Origin: Saprolegnia diclina VS20
Taxonomy: Eukaryota
Reading direction: 5' to 3'
Assembly: GCF_000281045.1 (NCBI RefSeq)
Contig: NW_008246104.1
Span: 160,557 to 224,556, forward strand
DNA length: 64,000 nucleotides
The notes under the pieces are model-generated. The model did not search any database. It was not told where the DNA came from and worked only from the letters and a program-made list of their open reading frames with translations. Below, piece by piece: positions 40,361 to 51,258 of the stretch. A program made the translations under genes and the position numbers. Within the stretch, counting starts at the first letter, position 1. Each line of letters starts with the position of its first letter.

Positions 40361-40684
40361 ATGTTCTCGAACGCGTGCTCCTCGGTAACACGCACCTCGT
40401 CACGTGGCCGTACCTTTCGTGGAGTGTCCTTGCTCTTCTTAATTTTGTCGCGATGGCGAGCGCCCTTCTCTCGAGCTTTTGTCCCGCTTGTTGACGCAGC
40501 GATCGCCGGCGGCTGCGTCGGCCTCTTTCTCGTCATCGCCGGACTCGTGCACGTATGCCGGGCCGACAAATTGGCGTTCAAGACCCTGCTCTTGCTGGTG
40601 CTTTTTGGCGCTGTCGGCGTCTGCGGTTTTATGGGCCGGTGGCTTCTCGAGGAACTTGCGTACTCTGCGTTCGCCCCTCCGTGA
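40361..40684 (+). CDS. Small membrane protein, 3' part; 5' exons uncertain
   Basis: Two hydrophobic helices (AAIAGGCVGLFLVIAGLV; TLLLLVLFGAVGVCGFMG). Confidence 0.4.
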   Translation: MFSNACSSVTRTSSRGRTFRGVSLLFLILSRWRAPFSRAFVPLVDAAIAGGCVGLFLVIAGLVHVCRADKLAFKTLLLLVLFGAVGVCGFMGRWLLEELAYSAFAPP

Positions 40685-41177
40685 AGGCATTTTTTTAATC
40701 TTTTGGGCGTTTGTGATTGCCCAGTGCGAGAGCGACTAGAGGGGCGAAGACGACGAGTTGATGTATGAAGCCATGACCGCGCGACCGTCAGCACAAGACC
40801 CTACTCCAATGAACTTTAATTGTGGACGGTTTAGTTATCTTGTCGTCGCAGTATATCGAAAAGGCTCGCTGCTGGCAGCGTCGTGGTCGACCTCGATCCT
40901 TCGCATACTATTGATTTTGAGAGGCACGACGGTGTCGTTTTAAACATGGCATATGCCACAAAGAAGCTGATTGAGCTGCACCATCAGCGCCTTGTGCACG
41001 GCAACGATTGGCTAAAATCCTTCAGCATTTCATGTACGAGGACATGAGCGATCTGTGTACGGTACTGTACGAATAGGATCTTAGTGTCAAATCGTACGTA
41101 CAATGTACATTGCATGTACGGGATCTGGGGTAACACTCACCGTCAGGAACACCGCTTGAGGCGACGAAGGCTGACGG

Positions 41178-42250
41178 ATGCAGCGCCGCTACAGCGGAGC
41201 AAACGCGGCCGAGCTCCTAGCCTCGGAGACGTCTTCGGGCCGCAGCCGACGGAACTCTGCGTCAGTAGCAGCGCCATTTTCCAGGGCGCGGACGTCCTGG
41301 ACGTCGCGTGCGATCCGCGCCGCCATCTCGATGCTCTTGACCTTCTTCTTGCTCATGGAGGTGAGCTACCACCGCGGCTGCGCAGTGAGCGACGCGTACT
41401 CGAGAGCAACGTCACAGATCGGCGAGGTCACGCTCTCGGTGCTCACTGACTTGGGCACGACGCACTGGCTCGCCTTCGGCTCGCTCACCGAAGCGCTCTT
41501 GGCTGCGAAGAAGCCCGCCGTGTCGTTGGAGCCGAGCGTGCTCGCCGCCGCCCAAGCCGCGAAGGAGATGGGCCGGCCCAGTGGCATTGACTACCACGTC
41601 TCGTCGGTCGAAGTCGCCATCGAGATGGTCCACCTCGAGTCGACCGCCTTTTGGAACATTGTGACGGGCCTTGAAGCCAAGGGCATGCACGTCATGTACG
41701 ACCCGCACCGGCGGCTCATGCAGGTCTACGCGCGTATCGAAAACCCCGCGCCGTCGTGGTCCGAGAAGGCGTTTCCAGGCTCTGAGCCTCATACGTATGG
41801 ACCTGGCTTGCCCCACGCCAATCTCTGGTTTCTCGAGCTCCAGAACGACGAGTACTCGACGCCCGAGCATGTGCCAGAGCGCACGTTTGCGGCGTCGGAC
41901 ATCATGCCCCTGCGGGAAACGACCTTCCTCGGACGACCGGTCGCCGTGCCGCACCGCAGCCAGCGCGTCGCGATGCAGGAGCACGCGGTGACGCTCGCCG
42001 AAGGCGCCAAGGTAGACGCTCTCGTGCCAGCATGACGCATATCATCGCTGTGTTTGTGTAGATCAAGACGCGTGCGCAGTGTCTTGACGAGTGGATGGTC
42101 GGCGTCGCGTTCTACGAAGCGTCGCTCGACCGCCTCACGTGGTGGGTCGTCAGCGTCATCGTTTTTGTGCCCATGTACGTTGGCGTCAAGCAAGTCGTGA
42201 GCTGGGTCCATGCCTCCAAGATGTATTTGGAGCAGGACCACAAAGTGTAG
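41178..42250 (+). CDS. LicD/fukutin-like nucleotidyltransferase-fold membrane protein, degenerate active site
   Basis: HWLAFGSL and DIMPLRETTFLGRPVAVP resemble LicD signatures; TM helices at both ends; one intron near 42012-42061. Confidence 0.6.
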
Positions 42251-42324
42251 ACCCGATGCAGTCCGCCGCTCGCTAGACAAGTATACCAGCGCCTAGGCAG
42301 CTTGTACTATTCATCGATTCGTCT

Positions 42325-43111
42325 CTACGCGTCGTCGTCGTCGTCATTGAGGAGCAGCAGCTGGAGCTGCAGAAAGTCCATTTGAGTGAATTCGTCGTTG
42401 TGGATGAGCGACTAGAGCAAGATGACGATGAGCATTACGAAGCGATGAGGGACGTCGTACGTTGACGTTGCACTTGTCGAGGAACATGACGCCGTCCAAG
42501 TGGTCGAGCTCATGCTAATCACATATCGTGAGCTCTTGGAAGGACACACATGATGAGAAGGCACCTGGAAGACGCGCGCGTGGAGACCGCTGAGCTCGCG
42601 GTGCGTCTCCTTCCCGTCCGCGTTCGTGTAGAGCACTTCAATGTCGGACGACCGGGCGACGACGCCTTGGTACCCCGGGAAGCTCAAGCAGCCTTCAAAG
42701 TCGCGTGTCATCTCCTTCGAGCTCGAGACGATCCGCGGGTTGAAGATCGGCTCGTACGTCAGCGGCGTCTCCTCGTCTAGACCAGCATGAAGCGTCGTGC
42801 GTGGACTACGATAAGGAAGCACCTTCAGGCAAGTCCTTGACCATGAGGAAGAGACGCTTGTTGACGCCAATCTGCGGCCCCGCGAGGCCCAAGCCTTGGT
42901 GCTCGCCCTATGCAGTCGTCGACGGGTTTGCCAAGCGCGAGGGTCTGACGTACGACGATGCTGGTCATGGCTGAGACGATCGAGCGCATGTCATGGACGT
43001 CCTTGACGTTCGTCGAGACTTGGCGAAGCGCTACGCGAGTAGTCCATGATCCTCATGCGCTTCGGACCTCATGCACGGACCGGCGTTGCCGAGGTAGACC
43101 AGGCGATGCAT
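42325..43111 (-). CDS. def: Peptide deformylase
   Basis: GLGLAGPQIG, EGCLS and QHELDHLDG motifs across short introns. Confidence 0.93.
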
Positions 43112-43428
43112 ATTGCTCGGACTTGGTCGCTTGCGAAATCCCCCGAAATCCAATCCGGTTTTGGCCAATCAAACGTAGGATAAAAACACGCCATTGCGGT
43201 GCAATCATGGTCTCTAGAGTCTCTACAGCATAAGCATCAAGCTGTCCAAAACAGCTCTTGCTGCTGCCGAACCATTTCTTTTGCAAAGTCCTGCAGCTTC
43301 TTTGCACAGAACGCGCCTCAGTGCCCTGCACGAGGACTCGAACCATTCAAACGTTGCGTGCATATAGTCTATTGGTCCTATTGCCAATCTCGACATTGCA
43401 GTTTGCATTTCAGAAAGGACGACCGACG

Positions 43429-44721
43429 ATGGAGCCGATTTTAGCGCAGCTGGGTGAAGACGCGCAGGACTTTTGGGCGCCGCGGAAGATTGCGCGCATT
43501 CCGCCGCCGACACCGCTGGCCTTCTACCGCGACTACGTCAGCAAGAACATCCCAGTCATTATCGTCGGCGGCATCGAGCACTGGCCCGCGCTGCGCAAAT
43601 GGTCGGACGCCTTCTTCGACGAGACCATTGGCGACAAGACAGTGACTGTCGACGTCACGCCGTCGGGCTATGGCGACGCCGTGGTAGTCTATGACTTGCT
43701 TGCATGCGCCATACGCTCACGCCTCCGATTCTTAGCTCCAGCTTGCGGACGGCACGGACGTCTTTGTGCAGCCAGAAGAGCGCGACGTGACATTCCGCGA
43801 GTTCCTCCGCATGTACCACGACCCTGCGTTTGACGGCATCCCGTACCTTTCGCACCAGGTAGATATGTCCTCGCGTCTTATGGCTAGTGCCAAGACGACG
43901 ACAAAGTAGAATGACAGTCTGCGGGACCAATTCCCCGAGCTCGTCAACGACGTCGATGACGCGATTGGCTTTGCGGCCGAGGCCTTTGGCAACGCTCCCG
44001 AAGCCGTCAACCTCTGGATCGGCGACGAGCGCGCTATCTCGACCATGCACAAGGACCACTACGAGGTCGGCTTTGTCATATCCCTATACACGCTCGAATA
44101 TTGCTGGTGGTCCTAGAACATGTATTGCGTTGTGCGGGGCCAGAAGCACTTTACGCTATTGCCGCCGTCCGACGTGGCCTTTCTTCACGAGACCGAGTAC
44201 CCGACGACGCGCTACGTGCACGTGACCAAGACCGCCGGCATCGACCCGTCCGCGCTGCGACCGTCGTCGCATCCGATGTGGTATGACACTCTCGTATCAA
44301 CCTCCGTCGACAATGCTCGAGTAGGCGCATTTATATGCCTGCCTCGGCCGCGTCCGACATGACCCCGTGGATTCCTGTGGACCCGCTTGCGATTGACGCG
44401 ACAACCTTTCCGAACGCCAAGGTCTTGGATGGAGTCGTTGATTATGTTTGCTATCGTTCCTATCGATAGCACCTTCGCCCGTTGGAGGTCGTGCTCGAGA
44501 AGGGCGAGATGCTCTACTTGCCGTCGCTCTGGTACCACCGCGCGACGCAGCTTTGCGACACCGTGTCAGTCAACTACTGGTACCTCCTCCTCCTTCCCAC
44601 GTAGTGGACGACATGGAGCATTGGCAATGCTAGGCATGACATGGAGTTTGATGCCAAGTACGTCTACTTCAACTTTGTCCATGGCGTCGCCAAGTCGCTG
44701 CAAACCCAAGACGCCAACTAG
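43429..44721 (+). CDS. JMJD7: JmjC-domain hydroxylase, JMJD7-like
   Basis: FYRDYVSKNIP, WPALRKW, VDVTPSGYGDAV, YLSHQND, AVNLWIG, MHKDHYEN, LYLPSLWYH, VNYWHDMEFD. Confidence 0.88.
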
Positions 44722-44797
44722 TTCGAGTATGGATAGTTCGAGTATGGAATAATGCGCCTTTGCAACCAGTTCTTAGTGTGTCTTTTCTCTGAAACCG

Positions 44798-45334
44798 ATG
44801 GTCACCGACACCAAGGGGCGGGACCAGCATGCGTGGCCTCGGCGAGAGTACACCAAGCCGTGGCTAGCCTCGCCCTGCAAGCCACCGTCCTCGCACGGTA
44901 CGCACAGTATCCAGGGACGATCGCGAGGAGATGCATGCTGCTGCTGACTCGTAGGGCGCGTGCGAGGACCAGCCACGGACCATGACCTTTGCGTCACGGC
45001 CCGAATCGTCGAACCGCAGTGGAACTCGTCGCCGCCAGAGCAGCCGCGCATTCTCAAGCACCAGCTCCTGTGCAAGTCGCCGCCGCCCTCGTCAGCACAC
45101 GTGCAGGGCCTCTTTTCGATCGCCAAGACGACGGCGACCCGAGGTAGAAACGCAAAGTACAAAAGAGGCAACATACGAGGCGTGGGGGTAGCCGACAAGG
45201 ACCGCAGCGCCTCCAAACCAACGCTCTTGGCACTGCGGCGACAAGTCGAGACGCGCCTCGCCCAAGACCGCGACGAAGAACGCCGGGGGAAGAACGAATG
45301 GTGGTGGGCCAGCCAACCATCAACGCCTTTGTAA
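44798..45334 (+). CDS. Hypothetical protein, 3 exons
   Basis: An ATG and two in-phase GT-AG introns join MVTDTKGRDQHAW... to ...KNEWWWASQPSTPL*. Confidence 0.5.
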
Positions 45335-45430
45335 GCCTGCAATACACTGCATTCTCCAGCACCCATGTCGCTGTGAATGACGAGAAATGGAGTACAGTAT
45401 GTATGAACGGTCGATGTATGCACGATGCCG

Positions 45431-48220
45431 TTAGCGGTAGCGATCGCGGAAGAGGTTGTGGCGCTGCTTGGCGCCGTGGCCCGCCGAGTACTCCATGTAC
45501 TTGCTGCCGTCGGCACCCGAGAGCGCGCCGAGCGACGAGGACTTTTTCTTCTTGTTGGAGAGCCGTGTGAGATCTTCGTCGTCGCGGATCGCAGCCATCT
45601 CGTCGCTACAAACAACGTCAGATATCGATTCATCACATCGATAGATCCGACTTGGACACTTTGTCGAGGTCTTGGGCTTCGAGGACTTCGAGAAGAAGCT
45701 GTGCCTGCGCGTCTTTGGACGTAAAGACGCCTTTGAACGTCGTTTTGTCGTAGAGCTCGGTCACGACCTTGAACGTATAGCCTTGGTCCACGAGGTACTG
45801 CTGGCGCTTGTTCGAGTAGTACATCTCGGCCGTGTCCGTCGAGATGAGCGTGTAGAAAAACGCGTTAAAGCCGCCGGTCGAGTTGGCTTTGGGCCGAAGG
45901 ATCCGCCCGAGACGCTGGGCTTCTTGGCGGCGCGACCCAAAGTGCGAGCTCACCTAATACGGTCCATGTCGCATAAATAATATACGAATCGACAAGTCGA
46001 CCTGGATGATGACGTTGGCTTCCGGCAAGTCGATCGACGTGTCGCCGACCTTGGAGATGCAAATCACATTGACGTGCGGGCTCGTCCGGAACGACTGGAG
46101 GAGACGCATGCGCTCGCGCTCGCCCGTGCCGCCGTAGATGAAGCCTTTCCCGAGCTTGGTCGCGTACAGGCGGAGCGCAAAGACGTCGTCCGAGAAGAGC
46201 AGGATCTTGTCGCCGCGCTTCTCGTGGTACTGGATGAGGTACTCGGCCGCTGAGAATTTGTTTGGGTTGGCCACATACAGCAACGCGCGCTTGCGGGCGC
46301 TCACATTCTCCTTGAGGTATTCTACAACAACAACACAAAATTGAGTTTGAGAGGCGCGTTTTGAGAGTGCGTGGACCGGCGTAGAAGGGACCCGTCATCG
46401 GGCACCAGATCTCGACGCACGAGACGTTGGCCAAGAACCCCGACTGCGTCAAATCCATCCAGTTGGCTTCGTAGAGCTTGGGGCCAATGAGAAAGTTGAG
46501 GTCGCCAATGAGATCGTCTTCGCGGACCAAAGTCGCCGTGAGCCCGAGCTTGCAGTGGCACGCGATCGACCCAATCACCTACAACACTCGCTATAGATGG
46601 CTATGCGAACGTAGTGCTTTGTCCTACCTTGCGGAACATCTTGGCCGGCACCACGTGCACTTCATCGAGGAGAATGCAGCCCCACTCGCGGCTCTGGATG
46701 AGGGCCATGACGGCCGCCGACTTGGCCGCGCGGCTCCCGCCAAACGCCACCATGGTGTACGTCGTGACGATGACGCCCGACTCGGGGTCAATGTAGTCCT
46801 TCTCGACACTGGTAAAACTACAAAAAAATATGTAAAATCCATACCCCACCTCCATATCCAAGACATGCGTACCGCGCAATCTTCTTTTCGGGAATTGTCG
46901 TCCACATCTTGAACTGCGCCGTCCACTGCTCGACCGAGACCGCCGACGTGCAGAGGCAGAGACACGATTTCTTGATCGTCGACGCGGCCGTGACGCCCGT
47001 GAGCGTCTTGCCCGCTCCGCATGGCAGCACGATGATGCCCGACCGCGCGCGGCCGTTGCCAAACATCTTGCTGAGGGACTTCTCCTGGTACTCGCGAATG
47101 CGCGTTGTGGGCTTGAGGTCCATGTCAATGTCGGGGATCGTCTTGTCATTACGAAAGTCGTACTCCTCCATGAGCGGGTAGTCCATGTCGAGGCAGGCGC
47201 GCTTGACCTGCTCGACGTGCGTCTTGCGAATGCGGAAGCTCACGGTCTGCACGGTCGCGGCCGACGTCGATTTTGCACTGCCTTCCGCGGTCTGGTCGTA
47301 GTCTTCCATGAGCAGCTTCTGGTACTGCATGTTGGCTTGGTCTTCGGCCGTCACTTCCTTCTGAAGGAACTCGCCGTTGGAGCTAAACTCGTTCGAGGTC
47401 ATGGCCGTCGCCGTCGCTATCGAGATGGTCGTTGGAGGATATAATAGATGGAGGCTACGCGTACAGGCATCGGTCGGGTCTTCCTTGACGCGGGCGAGAC
47501 GGATCTGTTCGTTCTCGAGCAGCGTGCGCAGCACCTGCGGGTAGAGCGACTCGACGTAAAACTCGTTGTGGTGCAGCACGAGCTTGGCCTTGCCGTAGCT
47601 GAGCGTGCAGTCGCGGATAAAGGTCGTGATGCCCGTCGGGATGACGTTCTTGCTCAAGCGCTCGAGCACCTAATGCCATGGCGTCAACTTGGCTGCAGGG
47701 TCGAGAGAGGCACCTTGATGATGCTGTCCGTTTCGATCGAGACCGACACGGCCGCGTACAACGAGTAGGGCGTCAGCTTGTACTCGTGCACAAACTCGGG
47801 TCGACTCACGGGCTCGGCGATCGCAACGAGAAAGTCGTACGCTTGCTTGTAAATCGGCGAGAAGGCTTCGAGGAAGATGCGTCCGTTGGGGCACACCCAC
47901 ACCTACGCCGGCCATGAGGCCTGTGCGCGCCGCCGGAGGCCATGTACCGGTCGAGACTCGTGGTCCTTCTTGAGCTCGAGCGCTGAAAAGTCAAAGTACC
48001 CGCTGTCGCCCTTCTCGCTGTCGAGCGTCGCTTGGTTGAGCTGCGTCAAGCGCTTCTGGATGCGCTGCGAGAGCGAGTTGGACGCTGCGACCGAGTCTTT
48101 GCTCTGGACCGGATCGTTGTCTTCGTCCATGTACGCCTGCAAGTCCTCGCCCACGTCGCCGCCATAGTCCTCGGCGAGGGTCCGCTTCCGCGTCGTCGTC
48201 GCCGCCTTCGCCGTGTTCAT
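45431..48220 (-). CDS. ERCC3: TFIIH helicase XPB
   Basis: [67 protein letters not shown]. Confidence 0.97.
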
Positions 48221-48716
48221 CGCTCCAAGCACGGAATGTGTGGATGTATTTTCCTCCAATCACACGCCGCCAAAGTTGCATTTTACAACCAATCCCGTGC
48301 CGAATACGTGGACCATCGCTCTGCCTACACCAGCGATCCATAATCATCCGCGCGTCTCTCGGGCGCATGGTGTGTGTGCATGATCGCGCAGACGGAGCGC
48401 TCTAGAGCATACTCGTTGCGCAGCTTGCGCCACTTCCGCAGGGCTCGACGCGACAGAATCGACCGTGGAATCGCTCGTCCAAAAGCCCTTTCGGCGAATC
48501 TGAGCCTAGCAGTGAGCTCACTAGCAACACGAACTGGAAGTGTGTCAACTAGCCGACTAGCAGTGACAAGGCTAAGAAGACACTTGACGTGGCGGAAAAA
48601 TGGCGAGATACACTGCTATCAACTTGTTGACGCTAGGGCGACTCGTCGGGTTGATGCACAGCGTCTCGCGTACTGCAGCTACGGGCAAATGCTACGAGCG
48701 TCTCTCGTGCGCAGAG

Positions 48717-49076
48717 CTACGCATTGTCGTTCCGGAAGAAGAAGGTGGCCTTGATGATGCGGTCGTCTTTGGCTTCGTACATAACCATGAGCTCCATGGG
48801 CGGCACGCTCGGGTCGGCGGATCGGACGCAAATCTCGTGGTCGAGGCACTGAGTCTTGCCCAGCGGCAGACGCGTGGGGACGTGCGCTTGGATCACGGGG
48901 TTGGCAAACGTCGCGACGTAGTTGGCACGGAACTGGTCCTTCCCGACGAGCGCGGGCGTCGTGTTGGGCAGCTTCAGCACGACGACGTCGTCGCTGTAGC
49001 AGGCGCAGAAGGCGTCGAGGTCCTTGGCGTTGTACGCGGCCAGCTGGGCGGCAGCGAGCTCGGCCGCGCTGCGCAT
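48717..49076 (-). CDS. SnoaL/NTF2-like domain protein, bacterial type, intronless
   Basis: QLAAYNAKDLDAFCACYSDDV, LDHE, VMYEAKDDRIIKATF. Confidence 0.85.
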   Translation of the reverse strand: MRSAAELAAAQLAAYNAKDLDAFCACYSDDVVVLKLPNTTPALVGKDQFRANYVATFANPVIQAHVPTRLPLGKTQCLDHEICVRSADPSVPPMELMVMYEAKDDRIIKATFFFRNDNA

Positions 49077-49153
49077 CTGTGGCAGGGTATCCGGAGAGGT
49101 GGCAGCGTTTCCGGATCCAAACCGGCAGATTTTGGCAACCGCCTGCGACCATC

Positions 49154-51180
49154 ATGCTGGTGCTCTACGACATCCTCGGCGACGACGGCGCGACGCCGCG
49201 CCACCCGAACGCGTTCCACGTGCCCGAGAGCCACGAGCCGCTCCGTCTCCGCGACGTCGAGGCGGCCTGTCCGTTCGCCCACTGCCACTTTAGCTTCCAG
49301 CACGAGAACGGCGTGTACTGCGCGTACGCCAACCCGAATTCGATCGTGCCGCTCGCTACCCGGAGTACGATCCACGCCAAGATCGTGCTCTCGGCGCCCT
49401 TCGAGACGCAGGTCATGTGGCCGGAAGACGTGGTGGCCGTCGAGATGCCGGCGGTCGGGCGGCCCTCCTCCCGCACCAACTCTGGCTCGTCCAGTACATG
49501 GCCGTATGCTGTTGCTGTCAGCTCACCCAATGGTCTCTAGATGGCTCGAGCTCGCGCACTAACTCTGGCTCGAGCTCGCGCAAGCCACAGAAAGAGTAGG
49601 CGCCTTCGTGATCTCGACCACAATTGGCATGCATGCTATGTAGGTACGAGGCGCCGGCGTGGGAGGCCACGTTTGCCGACAAGACGCCAGCCGAGGCCAA
49701 GTCGGGCCTCTCGGCGAGTGAGCTCAAGGAAAAGTTCAAGAAGCAGACGGAAATGGCCAAAGACTTTGCGAAGAATCTCAACTTGGACGATGCGAAGCGC
49801 AATGCGATCGATTTTGCGCAGAAAATGAACCTCGACGACACGGCGCGCAAGGCTAAGAAGTGGGGCGGCTCGCTCCTCTCGTCGCTCTCCAATACAATTT
49901 CGAGCGCCAGCAGCGCCATGACCAAGGTACCGGGTTCGCACGATTTTGGCCGGTATTTTATCCTCAATTGTAGGGCGAAACCATGAGCATCGGCAACACG
50001 ACCGTGCGCATCGTGCAGCTGCTCGCCGAGGGCGGGTACGGCCAAGTGTTTCTTGTCAAGACGGGCGCCAACGAGCTCTGTGCGCTCAAACGCGTCGTGC
50101 TCACGTCGGCCGAGGTCGAAGCCGACGCTGCGATCGAGCGAGAAGTGCTCCAGGTACAATACGGCCTGCACGGATCTGGCGCTGGACATGAGCCATGATG
50201 TAGACGGTCGAGCACCCCAACTTGCTGCACTTGCTGCAGTACGGTGAAAGCCGCACGAATGGCAAGCACGAGGTACTCAAGTCGCTCGTTGCATTTGCAT
50301 TTGCGCAGGACGTAAGCATGGCGTAGTGCCTCTTCTTACTGCCGTACCACGACCACGGCACGATCTTTGACGAGGTCCAAGCCGCCAACGACAACGCTGC
50401 CGAGCCTTGGCCGTTCATGGAGCTCCGTTGCCTCCACATTCTAGAAGGGATTTGTCTCGGGCTTCTCGCGCTGCACGAAGCTGGGTTTGCGCACCGGGAC
50501 TTGAAGCCGCATAACGTGCTCCTCGGCGTCCGCGATCACCCGATCTTGATGGACTTTGGCTCGTGCGCGCCGCTCGTGACCGAAATCACCGACCGGCGCA
50601 AGGTACAACGTTGCAACTTCTTGACCTTGACACATTGATACGTACGTAGCTCATGGACGTCCAAGACGACGCCAACCGCAAGTGCTCGGCACCGTATCGC
50701 GCCCCCGAGCTCTTTGAGCCCGAAATTGGCCATCGCATCAACGGCCAGTCGGACGTCTGGTCGCTCGGCTGCATTTTGTACTATACCTCTTGTCGTCGAT
50801 TCAGCGGACGACTAACTAATCGATTGGACTAGGTACTGTATGGCGTTTGGCTCGAGCCCGTTCGAGTCGCCGCGCGAGGTAGCACATGCTCGATCTGTGT
50901 TGTGCTTAGGATTGGGGTTAGGGTTTCATGCGTCTCGCGGCCATGAACGGCAAGGTGACGTTCCCGCCGGGTACCATTTCGCATCCTCAACCGGTTCCGT
51001 CATATTTCCTAACCCTACCCGCTGTTATTAGCCCAAGGCGACTACGTGCTCTTTCGCGGGCAGCGCTTCTCGCTCGACTTTTGCGATTTCATCCGCGACA
51101 TGCTGCAGCCCGACCCGCAAGACCGGCCATCGGTCACGGACGTCCTCGACTACACGCGTGAGCTCCAAGAAGACGACTAG
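49154..51180 (+). CDS. NAK-family Ser/Thr kinase (STK16-like) with N-terminal DIX/ubiquitin-like domain
   Basis: LAEGGYGQV, ALKR, HRDLKPHN, MDFGS, SAPYRAPEL, DVWSLGC; in-phase introns link the kinase exons to the N-terminal exon HPNAFHVP...LRDV...HFSF. Confidence 0.88.
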
Positions 51181-51258
51181 TCGACTCAATACTACTATGC
51201 ACAATGCTCACACCCACTGGATTTTGGGACAGTCGTTTAAATAAAGGGAACGCCGCTT

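Noticed and set aside
44719..44748. 15-nt tandem repeat (tagttcgagtatgga x2) at the JMJD7 stop
   Set aside because: Two copies with no spacer; simple slippage duplication, not CRISPR-like.
44773..45636. 287-aa minus-strand ORF following XPB
   Set aside because: Overlaps the XPB last exon in another frame and is antisense to a better-supported spliced plus-strand gene.
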